A DNA stretch of 64,000 nt from Eledone cirrhosa. Its lineage: Eukaryota. The translations under genes were made by a program, and so were the position numbers. Below are positions 29,503-46,252 of this stretch, one piece after another. Within the stretch, counting starts at the first letter, position 1; every line of letters starts with the position of its first letter. The stretch lies in NCBI GenBank assembly GCA_964016885.1, contig OZ024754.1:1860001-1924000 (forward strand), written 5' to 3'. The notes beneath the pieces are model-generated. The model saw nothing but the letters and a program-made list of their open reading frames with translations, ran no database searches and was not told the origin of the DNA.

Positions 29503-30061
29503 ATAGATATATATATATATACGTGTGTATATATGTATGTATATATAAGTATATATGCACCAATAAATATATATGCATTTATATATATATATATATATAT
29601 ACATATAAACATACATATATATAAATATATATATATATACATATATATATAAACATACATATATATAGAGATATGTATGTATATATATTTATATATACAT
29701 ACACACTCACATATATATATATATATATATATATGCATGCATATAACAAAATGAGACATGCACAGGCATACACACTCGCAGTCAGTCACACACATACACA
29801 CACACAGTCACACACATACACACTCAGTCAGTAACACACACACACTCTCACACACGATTGTTCTCCTCACACCCAAATGTACTTATTCAATCATTCACTC
29901 GTTAACGTTTTGTCTTCCTCCTCTACTCTCTCTCTCTCTCTTTCAGGCATTCTCTCTCTCTGTCCTTCGTTTTCACCCACTCTCCTCCTCCCTCTAAGTC
30001 TCTCTCTATATACATATCCCACTCTCTTTCCCTCTAAGTCTCTCTCGGTTTTCCATATACA

Positions 30062-30136
<75 letters not shown>

Positions 30137-30266
30137 GCATATATACATATATATATATATGCATATATACATATATATAAACACATACACACAGACACAT
30201 ATATAAACACACACACACACATATAAACACACACACACACACATATATATCTCCATACATACACAC

Positions 30267-30304
<38 letters not shown>

Positions 30305-31709
30305 CATATTATTTATATCACACACACATAGGAAGGAGAGGGAGAGAGATTTTTATTAAACTGCATAGAAAGTCATTTATCCTTTTAATTAGCAAAGATC
30401 TGATGTCTCTAATGTGACTCTGCCATTCCCCTCCGTCCCATGAATAATGTAACACCAATCTGCTGGATTCTTTCTTAAAGCTACATCGCCCCCGTCTTTT
30501 ATGTAGGATACACGATATAATTAATACCAACTCATTAGGATCCCATTTCTTTCAGTCCTTCTCCCTCCCCCTCACATACACTCCCCTTCCGCACATACAA
30601 ACTCTCTCTTCGTCACACACATACTCACCCTTCCTCATTCACATACTTCCCCTTCGTCACACACACACACACTCTCCTTTCTTTCCTTTCACACATACCC
30701 CCCTCCTTCTTCTTCACACACATACTCCCCCTTCCTTTCATGTTCTCACTAATTTGCTGACTCTCCTTTTTAGATTCTGTCTTTCTCTCATCAACTCTCT
30801 CCTGCACTTTCCTTCTCTCTCTTTCTCTCTCTTGCACTTTCCCTCACTCTTTCTTTCTCTCATTATCTGTCCCTCCTTTCTTTCGCACCTTAGCCGTTTC
30901 CCACTCTTTCCCTCTCCTTTTTCTAGCTGTTTCTACCACCTAATGTTTCTCCCTAAGTATTATTTCAACACTAACACCCCCTGTGCCATCCATCCTTACC
31001 TCCATCCCTTCGTGTTTATCTGTCACTCTAAGTATCATTCTCTACCCCTCTCTCTATCTACCTCCCTCTCTCTACCATTTTCTCTACCCCTCTCTCTAAT
31101 TCCGTCTGTCTGTCTCTCAGTGTTATGAAATATGGAAGAACTGGGAGATTAAAGTTTTAAATGTGTGAATCCCAAACGCAGAAAAACACTATAACCACAG
31201 TCGCTGGCTATAATTATTAGCTTAGAAATTCGAATGAACGACCTTCGTGTCAACATAACGGCCGCTATGTAGAATCGAACACCGCATCTGTCGAATACTG
31301 GACACCATTTCTGTCTTAATTAAAATGTTTTATTTATCAGCTTACGGCTAATGTCGGAAGTGAATATATATTATAAATTATCGAAGTGCCGGAGGATTAG
31401 AAATTTGAAAGTGTGCGAATAGTAAACGGAGAAAATAAATCCAAAAAGAGCTGGTGGATGTAGATAATTGTTCAAGAATTGGGGTAGATTAAATGAAGAG
31501 ATGGTCAAGTTGGTCAAGCTGTTTAGAATAGCAACTTAATTTCAACGGAACTGGTGACCAGTTGACGTTCAGATTAATGGTTGCTGAGTTCACAATATTC
31601 GGATTCGGATGATACGGAGTTCCATTCTGTGTAGCGACAGTTGGCGTTCAAACTGAAATAAAGTATTTTGTGCGAGAAAAAAGGCACCCGTGTCCACACA
31701 CACACACAC

Positions 31710-31742
<33 letters not shown>

Positions 31743-31746
<4 letters not shown>

Positions 31747-31949
31747 AACCAGTAAGACCCCGACAGCTGAGCTCAAGCCGTTTCGACGGCTAATTCTGGA
31801 CGGCTAATTCTCGTCCAGAATTAGCCGTCGAAACGGCTTGAGCTCAGCTGTCGGGGGTTTTACTGGTTCCTATTACCCACTCTACTACCTCAAGTATTGA
31901 GTACTTTGGTGCGTTATGGTCCACCTGGTTCCTTACCACATTTCCTTCG

Positions 31950-31951
<2 letters not shown>
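31743..31951 (+). mobile_element. Family X copy 3: 60-bp fold-back, hammerhead 3' half, conserved 3' end
   Basis: Inverted repeat 31743-31802/31812-31872; stem II 31799-31811/31817-31829; GAAA 31830-33; stem III CGGCT/AGCTG with TGAGCTC loop; GTC at 31850-52. Confidence 0.85.
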
Positions 31952-31985
<34 letters not shown>

Positions 31986-31987
<2 letters not shown>

Positions 31988-32150
31988 CAAAGAGGGTGTG
32001 GTAAGTTACCAGGTGGGCCATAACACACCAGATTACTCAATACTTAAAGTAGTAGAGTGGGTAATAGGAAAAGCGTCACAACCCCGACGGCTGAGCTCCG
32101 GCCGTTTGGACAGCTACGTCCGGAGCTCAGCCGTCGGGGTCCTGACTATT
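31986..32150 (-). mobile_element. Family X copy 4 with perfect 21-bp fold-back
   Basis: Inverted repeat 32081-32101/32120-32140; minus strand reads CAAA-CGGCC-GGAGCTC-AGCCG-TC-GGGGT; tail-to-tail with copy 3 across (AT)n. Confidence 0.8.
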
Positions 32151-32189
<39 letters not shown>

Positions 32190-32324
32190 CATATATATGT
32201 ATTTCTTTTTTAACGTACATACAGCTTCATCTATATATCAATATTTTCTTCATCATAACGTGAATTTGATAATGCTGTGTACAAAGAGAAATAAACACAT
32301 AGCGAGACGAGCGAGCACACACAC

Positions 32325-32379
<55 letters not shown>

Positions 32380-32610
32380 TATATATATGCATATATAATA
32401 TGTTTGTGTGCTTGTATGTGTATCAGTGTAGACATAAACCTATGACAAGCTATTCATCATACATACATTGAGTAGGCATAAAGGAAACGACTGAGAATTT
32501 CGGATAAGAGAGAAGTTAGGGACACAAATGAATACACAATTAGATCTACAAAGTAATAGGAAATGGGAAACATATTAATGTATTTGTCGAAAGCTTATAT
32601 ATATATATAC

Positions 32611-32675
<65 letters not shown>

Positions 32676-32774
32676 CATATATATATATATATTTAAAAGA
32701 ATAGAAGTGTAAAACACGAGTTATGATATATTGGTAAAAGGAAAAGAAAATGCTGACAAATTGTTCCCAGTGAA

Positions 32775-32806
<32 letters not shown>

Positions 32807-32849
32807 CCATGTATACATCTATATATATAACTATATATGTCCATATACA

Positions 32850-32920
<71 letters not shown>

Positions 32921-33309
32921 TATATATCTGTCTATATGTGGTTGTTTGTATTTGTGTATGCATGTAGATGTGTACATACGCAAAATGCATTCATACTAAT
33001 ATGTATATGTATATGTATCTCTGTAAAGACATAAGTATACGTGTTTCGTATTCAAAAATGATGCTTTTTAATCATTGTGAAAATTAATTTCAATTTTATT
33101 TAATAAAAGAAATTTAATCTGAAACTTATTTAATAAAAGAACATTGTAATTATTTACTTCTATTATTACCATTATTGTTACTGTTATTATTATTGTTGTT
33201 GCTGCTGTGGTTATTGTTGTTGTTGTTGTTGTCGTTAATATTAGTATTAATACTTTTACCATTCTAATGAAATCCAGTGAAATCTTTATTTAATATAATC
33301 ACTGTCCAA

Positions 33310-33360
33310 TAATTGTGTCTACTTTTGGCACAAGACCAGCAATTACTCTGTACTTTACTG
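33310..33360 (-). mobile_element. SINE A tail fragment
   Basis: aattgtgtctacttttggcacaagaccagcaatt. Confidence 0.7.
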
Positions 33361-33597
33361 TCAGTAATGACGTCCGTTGGGTAGTTAATGACGTCGTCAA
33401 TAATTCTTCCTTAACACAAAATATTTCTGTTACGTCATTCGTCATCGTTTATATTTGATTCAAATATTCATTCTCTTCAACTTAACAATCATTTTAGACG
33501 TCATCGTCAAACATTAAAGAATTCAACTGAAAGGATTTCATATAGACACGAAACATGCTTTTATCTCTAAACATTGCTGATCTAATTTGCTTCGTGT

Positions 33598-35103
<1,506 letters not shown>

Positions 35104-36772
35104 GCTTAGAAATCAATGCGGAAAGATAACGAATCCGAGTGTACGAAAATTCAGATTAACTTTGTTGATCTTATTACTGTTATTTTTGGATTTCTTATTG
35201 ATTTTTTTTAGTATTTGATTATATTGTTTCCGCTGTTGTTGATGTTGTTGTTCTTTAACATGTAGACGGTTCTGGTTGATCAGACATAAGATCAAATGTA
35301 CTCCATCCGTAACCATTCTGCCTCGACACCCTATATTGTTATATCACAGTTTACAGTATAGATGTATATTTGTATGTTTCTTTTGTGTTTTTTGTCGATC
35401 TTATAGAAGTTAGAATGTTGTTTGAAGAAGATAAGGCTGCTATTTATAAAGCTTTGAGTGACAAATTTTCAAATATCATGCAACCAACAATTTGTATGTT
35501 TAAATATCCATGTTTGGATATCACATTAAAATGTATTATGAATATATTTTAGTAACTTTAAGCAAGTAAGTTCATGAGAAAATATTTAGAATCAAATTTT
35601 AAGGAATGTTATCTGAGTGACAATGGTATTATTAGTAAAGTAGTAATATTTTTAACTATACCTTCCATCATATTAAAGATATCAAGAATTACTTCACAAC
35701 TTAACGTCTCGAATTTCAAGTAAATTTCTACGTTAGTACTGCTACATATGAAATTACTAGACTAGACCAATTCCCAAAGTACTAAGTTCGATATATTGAC
35801 AAATATATATATGTAGATATATATATATATCTACCCTATCTACCTCTGCGTCTCCTGCCGGCTGGTTTTGCCCGGAAAATCTGTCCAACGATTCTTTACT
35901 GAGACATTATAACCACATTTTCAAAGTATCTGAGCAGTGATCTCTTAATTCGGAGAAGTATCTCTCAACACAATCTCCAAATTATAATGTTTAAGTACGT
36001 AAACATACTTAAATTAATTAAATCAAAGCCACTGAGAAAAAATATCGTTTCAGACAAACAAAAATCAAGAAAAAACCCAATGAAATAACAAAAATCTATG
36101 ACAAAAAACCTTAATAAACCAAACAATTTAGAAAGATAAGCAAGGAACTAATTAAACTACATAAATACACGTAAAATCTGTAACGAAAGGAATCGTTGGT
36201 GAAACAAGCTTAATAATAGAAACATCACGTTCAACATCCTCACGATGATAATGATGATGCTGATGATGATAATGACCATGATGATGATGATGATGATGAG
36301 CAATATGTTCTTTACTACCACCATCGTGATAATGATAATTCTCCTCACCCCCTAATTTCTTCTAGTATATCATCATCATCATCATCATCATCATCGCCAT
36401 CATCATAGACATCACTGTCATCATCATCATAGCTATCATCAATAACAGTAGCAACATAAACAACAGCAAGAATGGATTATACAAAAAAAAAAAACAACCA
36501 CAGAAAGATTACTGTAAGAATACCAAACTGCGATCTATTTATGTAGGAGTTCAAACACATAAACACACACAAATATATACACACACACACATGCACACAT
36601 ATATATTTATACACACACACACACACATATATATATTTATACACACACACACACATATATATATATTTATACACACACACACACACATATATATATATTT
36701 ATACACACACACACACACATATATATATATTTATACACACACACATATATATATATTTATACACACACACAC

Positions 36773-36874
<102 letters not shown>

Positions 36875-37667
36875 GCATGTGTGTGTGCGTGTTTGATGTG
36901 TAGTGTGTGTGTCTGTAGTGGGGCCGAAAGAAAGATAATAAGAAGATGGATAGTTATAAATACACACAAGTATCTATCTATCTCTCTCTTTCTCTCATAC
37001 ACACACACCTTCTCCCCACACATATATATATATATATATTATATACATATATATATATACATATATATATATACATATATATATATACATATATATATAC
37101 ATATATATATACATTTATATATGTATATATATATGAATATACACACACACACATACATATACATATATACACATTTACATAGCAAAGAACGTTTTTCCCA
37201 ATTACCATATCAATTTATCAGAATTTCGTTACAGTTAGAGTTCTTCTGTTGTTCTATTAATATGATTGATTAAATTTGGAAATCTGTGGGAAATTCCTAC
37301 GTCAATAATTATTTATTATGTTACATGGAATGTAGGGTTCGAGTTACATGCTGGGATATTTTTCTTGTTTATCAAAATGAAAACGTTATCACATAAATCA
37401 TATTTTCTCCTATGCGTATATCTTTTATATTTTATTGAAATCTTATTCAACTACTGCAAATATTGTATGAGAAAAAAATAATGTTAAACAAAGACAGAAT
37501 AATCATGGCGATATCGCATTTTATTTCAGTTAATTAGAATATATGCTATGAACAACACACGCAGAATAACCACACACAAACACACACACATATATATATA
37601 AATATATATACACAGATGCACACAAAGAAGCAAGACAAACCCACACACATATAGAAACATATGTATG

Positions 37668-37703
<36 letters not shown>

Positions 37704-37713
37704 CTTTTATATC

Positions 37714-37745
<32 letters not shown>

Positions 37746-37793
37746 TATATATATAAATAAATATTTATATATAAAGGATTATATATATATATA

Positions 37794-37832
<39 letters not shown>

Positions 37833-38716
37833 CTAGATAGATAGATAGATATTTAGACCGAGAGATACCGTGAATCTGTGAGCATTTATCAACTTGACAA
37901 TGCCTCAATACCGAGTGATATCGTTAAAAACAATCTTTATATGATACTTAAGTTTCATACCCAATCCTGTAATTTGAACTGTGAGAGAGAATGCATGCCA
38001 TATGCACATCTAACTCTTAAGATATCCAACCGATTTATCTCGTGAAATGTCCTGCCCAACTGCCCCGACGAAAAACAGCCATCCATTTATATTGTTCAAT
38101 ATATATTAATTAGATTTACTCTATATTTATGGAAGATTATATAACTTGTTTCAAACATGTGAATATTATTTCAATGTTTTCTATCTAGTGTTGAATTTAT
38201 ATATTTAAATATGTCTTTATATTTGCGCTGTTAATGATAGGTAGCTACGAATATTTGCAAGTGAGGGTCAATTTGGGATGGTTCATTGAACATCGTTCGA
38301 CGTGCTATTGTCAAAAATCATGGCTTTGATTAATTATCGAAGACACCTATCTAATGGTAACTATCATTGTGATAGGCTGGTGTGATATGGTTGAGTAAAC
38401 CTCGAGTTCATATACGACCAAATCAGAGTTGTATACCATGCCTCATGGAACTACTGCAGCGCTCCTGTATAATGAACCTGGATATACATATATATATATA
38501 CATATATACATATATATATATACATACATATATACATATACATACATATACATATATACATACATATGGTGGCTGCAAATTCTGCTAAAATTATTGCAAT
38601 CGCTTGTCAAATTACAGAAAATGGTCCACCTTTAGGCTACGGCCAGCCACTCGAACCTGTAACATATCCTGAACAAGCAATGCCTGTGCTTTGAAGGTTT
38701 TTTTAATTGGTAAAAG

Positions 38717-38772
<56 letters not shown>

Positions 38773-38891
38773 TGTATCTGTGTGTATTCTTTGTGATAAA
38801 AAACACACAAAAATGTATATTAAGCATATGCATAAATACAAAATATGAAGCTTGTTATTAATTTATTAATTTATGCTTACTAGAAAATTAA

Positions 38892-38927
38892 TTCTACGGT
38901 TTCGGATAGTTATCCTTCATCAGAAAG
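38892..38927 (-). ncRNA. Minimal type I hammerhead-like motif
   Basis: Minus strand: ttt-CTGATGA-A-GGAT-aact-ATCC-GAAA-CCG-TA-gaa; perfect stem II, 3-bp stem I. Confidence 0.6.
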
Positions 38928-39749
38928 TGAAGACTAGATTAAGGAGGGAGCTGGAGTGTGAAGTAAAGTAATTAAAAAAATAGCAGGTAAAATAACAAAA
39001 GGCATACCTAGTGTATGGAAAGGTGGACATTGAGAGTAAAGTGTGTGTGTATTTTTTCAGCACGCATTTTAAATATGGTGGGAAAAAACGCAAAACTGGA
39101 GTGGTAAGAGGACTAAAGATATGGACATATATGTTGGCGTGAAAATGCGTATAACGTCATTGTGACGGTGTTTATCAGACAGTCAATAGAACTGGAATGT
39201 TTGTATTTGTAGTAGGAAAGTGTGTGTGTGTGTGTGTGGTTGGTGTGTGTGTGTGTGTGCGTGTGTGCGTGCGTGCGTGCGTGTGTGTGTGCATATGTAT
39301 TGGTGAGGTTATGTGTACTGTAAGTGTGCATATATATATATATATAAACAGATGAAGGAATACATACACAGAGAAATATATATATATTTACATCTATACA
39401 CACAGACATGAACACAGTGAAAGATACACAGACTCACATGCACACACACACATATATGAATATATGCATAAATATATATAATATAATATAATATAATATA
39501 ATATATATATATATACAGAATATATATACAGAATATATTAGAATATTTGTGTATGAAGGTTTGTTTATATGTGCATGTGCTGTTAGTTTTATGTGAATGT
39601 GTTAAAATGAAGTTGTCACCAAAAATAAACACCGGATGGTTCTGACACTGGTGTCAAATAATTGGTGGATATCATGTTAAGATATTTTATTCTGGCTTCT
39701 AAAAAAATAACCATCTATATACCCACTCAGCCACCTATCTATCTATCTA

Positions 39750-39850
39750 CGTTATTGCCTCCTCCTTATTGAGGACGCCTTTTTATGTAAACTCCCCCCA
39801 TTGTACTTGTCCCACTTTTTGATGCCCTGGTGGCAAATAAAAAGAAAGTT
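39750..39850 (+). mobile_element. Retroposon 3' end (possibly an L1/Tx1 3' UTR)
   Basis: tatgtaaa..cttgtccc..gccctggtggcaaataaa shared with 41205-41340; ends at AATAAA plus microsatellite. Confidence 0.5.
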
Positions 39851-41204
39851 ATCTATCTATCTATCTATCTAATTCCTTTAGAAGAGGCGGGCTCCTTTGG
39901 TGAGAAGATCCATCTGCTGCCAACACCCTTCCAACGTAAGTATATTTGTGTGCATGCATATATGTATATATGTATACAGCAATTCATGGCATCTATATAG
40001 AAACCAATAAATACAGTCGCAAAACAAACACATACAAACCCCCTCCACCAAATATACATTCCCTCAAATATATAACATCTGCTATAATAAATAGTAATTT
40101 CACCATACATAACCGTAATGTACTTATAATCTAGAATATCATAATTGACACAACGTATTTATTTATCTAGTGTCACGAATAGTATGTTAACTAATTTATT
40201 AAAACGTTTTATATAACGAGTAATGTAAGAATTACATAAGGAGTGAAATTACGAATGTTTTGAATTTTTCTAAAAGACGGGGAAAAAAGTAATACTAACA
40301 ATAATAAGACTTGCCAAAAGATAGACATGTCTAAATTAATTTTTAAGACCTGTATAAATAGAAAACTTCGTATATCCGTTTGAGTCTTCGATAAGCGACG
40401 TTGTTTTGTGTAATTTTAAACCATTTTAGATATAGAAAGTTTTCTACATACGATATATGCACACAACTTCGTAACTGGAGATAGGTACAGTGAAAAGATT
40501 CCTAAGACATTATACATAATTCATCGTGGATGTCGTCATGTCAGGAACAAAAGTGGTGCCAAGATTCTTGTTTGTATGTTAGGCAAATGGCTCCCGAGAC
40601 GTTATGGCGTCGTCCGTCCTAGCACTTGGCTGTCTGAGGCATTTTTCAAGCAGATCTAGGACACCATGCCCCGGGTCAGAGCTTAGTCGAATTCTTCCGG
40701 ACGAGGGAGAGAACGAATGTGGGAAAGAGTATCGACTCCAGAACTAGTTTTATATTTTAGGAACCGCACTAGATCGATAGAATGAAAAGCTAAGTTCAAC
40801 TCGGTGGGAAAGGAACAGGACCACATTCTTATGTGTACATATGTGTCAATTGAGTACGTATATATACCAGTACGTGTGAGTAGACACGTACAACTATGCA
40901 TTAACATGCATGATTGCGGGTGCAGATACATACTTGTGGATATTTGTATGACAGAAGGCATACACATACATTTCTGCGTGTACTTAGATACCTGTATTTA
41001 TATCTGTATATGTAAACATATATAATTGTGTCTGTGAATGTAATGTACAGCAAGTCAGCTCTTCATCTTACTGGAGATAATCATAAAAGGAATAGATATA
41101 TCCATAACCACGCATCTACACACTGAAATGCACACATACATACCCCTCCCACAGTATTATAGATAGGTGTATGTATACACACATACACCTATATCTATCT
41201 ATCT

Positions 41205-41340
41205 ATACGCCTCCCCCCTATGGGGGATTTCGATTGTTATATTTTCATGTTAAAACTTGTTTTACACGACTGTATGTAAAATCGTCGCCATATGTCTTTG
41301 TCTTGTCCCCTTCTCTTGTACGCCCTTGTGGCAAATAAAG
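41205..41340 (+). mobile_element. Retroposon 3' end (possibly an L1/Tx1 3' UTR)
   Basis: tatgtaaa..cttgtcccc..gcccttgtggcaaataaag. Confidence 0.5.
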
Positions 41341-42518
41341 ATATATATGTGTGCGTGTGTGTGTGATCATTTGTTACCGGGTTGAGCAATAAATCTCATA
41401 TGTAACACCTCCACTTTGTTCTTATATATATATATGTATATATATATACAGAGAGAGAGAGAGAAGGTGGGAGTGAAAGAGAGAGAGAGGAAGGGGGAGA
41501 GAAAGAAAGAGATAGATAGATAGATATATCGTGGATTTATGCATGTGAATATTTATGTGTGTATAGCATTAATAGTTAGCTTCAAGTGATGCGTTTCATG
41601 TGTTCAGAATTAATTAAACTAAAGGCTAAATTTCATTTCCTTTGTTTTGTTCCATGCTTCGAGAAGCTGGTATCATGTGGCTGAGGTTTCCTACAAGAGA
41701 CAGCTAAATGAAAGAAACTTTAACCGTAGGTATATACATAGAAACAATCGTCAGATAAATATTTCGCCATCACTCGCTTTGTCATATCTGTTATGTTTTC
41801 AGGGGGAATAACCTGACTGTAGCATATTTAACAATAGGAAAATTTGAATGGAAAAGGATATACTTAAGTTTCAATATAAAGAAAAGAACTACGTACATAT
41901 GTAATTGCAGTGAAAGAATTGTTCTCTAAGAGAAAAGTACATTTATATATGAAGAAATATGAGATTGTATATTTTCTCAAAGAAAAAGTAACACTCGCCC
42001 ATGTTGAATTTCACATCTACTTTACATACATATACATATATAGAAACACAAAGGCGCACACACATGTATGGTTTGTGTGATTGATGTGGGGGGGGGGGGG
42101 TATGAGAGAAACAGGGGTTTGTAAATGTGTATGTATGTATAAATATAAAATATAAATTGAGACAGTCTTAATGTACAGATGTATACACGTCTAAACAATC
42201 AAGAGTTAAATCAATATGATTCGTACAGAAGAGACATTTTGTAAAACCTTGTTTGACCGTTTTATGAAACATCGGCCTTGCAATAGCGGTAGTAAATATA
42301 ACTTGTACTTGTGGGAGGTTGTTAGGTCATGAAACCTTTGGTTGCAATGTATCTTTATGTCATCGTGAAATGATACACACACACAGAGACACGAGAAACA
42401 TTATATTTGTATATAAAAGGAACGATCGACTTTCGTCAAATCGGACCGAGGGAACAATGTTTCCGTTGGTCTTTCCAATTGCTAATACTATCTATCGGTC
42501 GCAACTCCAGGTAGAAGG

Positions 42519-42635
42519 AGCAACGTGAAATAAAGTGTCTTGCTCAAGGACATAACGCATTACCTGGTCCAGGAATCGAACTCACAACCTTACGATTCCG
42601 AATCCAATTCCCTAACCACTCAGCCACACGCCTTC
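42519..42635 (-). mobile_element. tRNA-derived SINE (family B, CORE-like)
   Basis: Minus strand: GGCGTGTGGCTGAGTGGTTAGG box A, GAGTTCGATTCC box B, then TGTCCTTGAGCAAGACACTT. Confidence 0.8.
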
Positions 42636-42791
42636 ACCAATATATACGCCTATATATGTATATATATACATATATATAGTAATTAACACACATAAGAACA
42701 TTTTGTATTTTAAACTTCGCTTCACGACATTTTCTACATTGAGTTCTTCATACGGTTTAGACCCTACCATTGATTGGTAGATTTATCTCTG

Positions 42792-42828
<37 letters not shown>

Positions 42829-42977
42829 CCTATCCGTATATGTATATATAAGCGTGTGTCCGGCTATATATATAAGTGCACAAAATATACATACTTGCAG
42901 AAATCTAAAAAAATAAAAAAATTCAATCGATATACACTTTATAATACATGTGTAATATATAAAACACACACGAACAC

Positions 42978-43020
<43 letters not shown>

Positions 43021-43029
43021 GACAGATGC

Positions 43030-43100
43030 TATTTCAAGCGTTAACCTAATATATTGCTTCAATATACTGTACCGATTGTTATTTCTGTTTACCTTTTACA
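43030..43100 (+). mobile_element. Family Y downstream fragment
   Basis: aagcgttaacctaatatatt..accgattgtt..tttctgtttaccttttac shared with 13989-14045 and 58575-58615 (minus strand). Confidence 0.6.
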
Positions 43101-43537
43101 TACATATATATATATATATTTATATATAAATTATATATATATATGAATCTATATATATATATAAATTATTTATATATATATATGAATTATATATATATAT
43201 AAATCTATATATATATATATATAAATTATATATATATATAAATCTATATATATATATATATAAATTATTTATATATATATATAAATTATATATATATATA
43301 TATAAATTATATATATATATATATAAATTATATATATATATATATAAATTATATATATATATATATAAATTATTTATATATTTATATATAAATTATATAT
43401 ATATATAAATCTCTATATATATATATATATAAATTATTTATATATATTTATATATATAATTTATATATATATATATATATATATAAATTATTTATATATA
43501 TATATAAATTATTTATATATATATATATATATATAAA

Positions 43538-43575
<38 letters not shown>

Positions 43576-43597
43576 TATATATATATATATATATATT
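43100..43597. repeat. (AT)n/TAAATT tract
   Basis: Directly visible. Confidence 0.95.
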
Positions 43598-44074
43598 CAT
43601 TGTATGAGAATGTATTCATTAGTTTAATCTTTCGTTTCTCTATTCTATTTCTAATGTTCCTTCTTTTCTATTGCCCCAATCTTTACATGTATTTTACATG
43701 ATTATCCCTTTTATATTTCTAGTCGTGACACAACCCATTTCTTCTATCTTACATTTCCTCCACTTCTTTTATATCTTCTTGTGATATTTATTTTTATGTT
43801 CCTTCTTCTTCTACTTCTGGTAGTTTCTTTCGTTTCCTTTTTCCTCGACTCCTTTCATGTTATTTCTAACAGAACCCCTAACACTACAACGCTGTAACCT
43901 CCCCCGCTAAATTTACAGTAAAAACTGTTTCAAAGCTTTAAACATCCACCAGTCTCGGAGTTATCTGTAAAAACCAGAGGAATATATTAAACATGAATTA
44001 AACACACACACACACACTCACTTACACACACAGAGACACACTCATACTGATACACTCACTGATACACATACACA

Positions 44075-44123
<49 letters not shown>

Positions 44124-45010
44124 TCTCACTGATTATCTATCTTTCCTTCACTCACATGCACACTCACTAACACACACACACACACACACATACATATATA
44201 TGTATATACACCTATTTATTTATTTATTCATATATTTATATTATGCAGACACATCTATATATACACACTATATACACACACACATATATATATATATATA
44301 GAGAGAGAGAGAAAGTGATGTGCGTATATATAGATTTCCGAATGCAAAGAACGATTTGAAAGGACAACAAGCAAATAGCAATTTAAATTAAATAAATAAA
44401 AATAAGAATTATATCTAGAGAAAATTAGAAAATATATATTGTTGTACAAATATAATTTGGAACAGAAGTATGTAAATCCGGTTTCTTTCACAAAATGTCG
44501 ACACTTTTCTTATCATTTCAAACATACAAAACACTGTTTTAAAAGACCACCAAGAATATATGCGCTCTACATGCCTGATAATTTTATCAGATCACGTGGC
44601 ATTAATGGAATATGTTCGGTGCCAAAATAAGGCCACGATTTTGACATCGTTTACCGAAATATTCTAATTATTTTAATGCATACGAAAATAGTTGCAAATT
44701 TTCTCATTAATTTTTAACTCCAATATTTCTCTCTGTATATATCTAACTTCTGATTATCAAGCTCGAAATCTAGCCTTGTTATTCTACATTTTCATTCTTT
44801 CTTTCCTTTCTTTCTTTCTTTTTCTTTCTTTCATTCCTTATTTCCTACTTAGACGCTTTCTCTCTCCGTCTCTTACACGCTTTATTTCTCACGTACTCAA
44901 TATCATTGTCAATTTCCCTTCAAACATAACGAAAGATATTATTCTCTCTCACACCTCAAATATCGGTTTCCCTACTTTTCCTTATCACACAATGTTTCCC
45001 ATTATAAATA

Positions 45011-45085
<75 letters not shown>

Positions 45086-45162
45086 TAGACAGGCAAAAAT
45101 TCTTCGTACACTTGAAGTTTTTGCATTATTTCCAAACACCAATAATTAAATATGCTACACAT

Positions 45163-45221
<59 letters not shown>

Positions 45222-45376
45222 TGATATAGATATATATACTCATATTTGCGTGTAAGTATACGTTTGTTGGTATATTATCATTATGTATATGTAAGTATAT
45301 AATTTGGATAGAAAACTAATTTGAATGAATCATATATATACATATATATATATATATATGCGTGCGTGATTACGTT

Positions 45377-45425
<49 letters not shown>

Positions 45426-46252
45426 TTTTAATAGAATTAAAATTACATTTCCAATTCTCCTGTCAACGAACGGAAATTTCCGCTCTTACTCTACATACAT
45501 ATATATAAATATATATTATAAACAACGCCGACAATATTGCAAATCTATTTAAGTATTTATATATTTTTAATCTATTAAATCTAATATACAAATAAACATC
45601 TGTGAAAATGATTGTGTTCTATTTTTTGGCACTTTCTTTGATATAAATTGCATATCAACTCTTTTAAATGACAATTCTTTCATAGAATTGCTAATGGACC
45701 TCAGTCTCTTGCCATGATCAATGTCCCAGTTGTTCGATCAACGGAACCAGCCTACTGGTGAAATTTACGCGAATGAATGTTTCCAAAACCACGGCCCCCT
45801 GTAACGTAATTCTTTGAGCGTATATAGAACTAGGCTGTGGAATGTGATATGAAAGAACCTTGACGGCTCGTAGTAAAACGTCGGGCAAGCACTTAGTCAT
45901 TGCGAAGCTGGCACCTTTAGTAGACCAGAATTAAAAATGGGAGGAAAATATATTAAATAAATATACATATTTGAAAATATAATTAGTAGTTTTGGCAACA
46001 TATTGATATGGCAGGTGTACTTAAATTAAATATGTATATTTAATGTGCTACAGAAAGGCAAGTCTAGGTGAATTTTACACATAATAATTTACAATGTGTA
46101 TAGCAGTTTGGCGTGGGAGATTCAATAAAGCGAGGGTGAGAATACAGGTGTACTATTCGTTCTGGTTATCTGTGCTCTAGGTTCAAATCCTGCTGTAAAT
46201 AAAATCCCAATCAAGGGATGTGCTTTTTGTAAAATCAATCGAGAGTCTATAT

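Noticed and set aside
31200-31695. Possible Tc1/mariner-derived remnant
   Set aside because: Could not identify paired TIRs or transposase motifs.
40540-40830. GC-richer segment, possibly a LINE remnant
   Set aside because: No frame with a motif I can identify confidently.
42570-42635. tRNA gene
   Set aside because: Boxes A and B run into a SINE body; no complete cloverleaf or acceptor stem.
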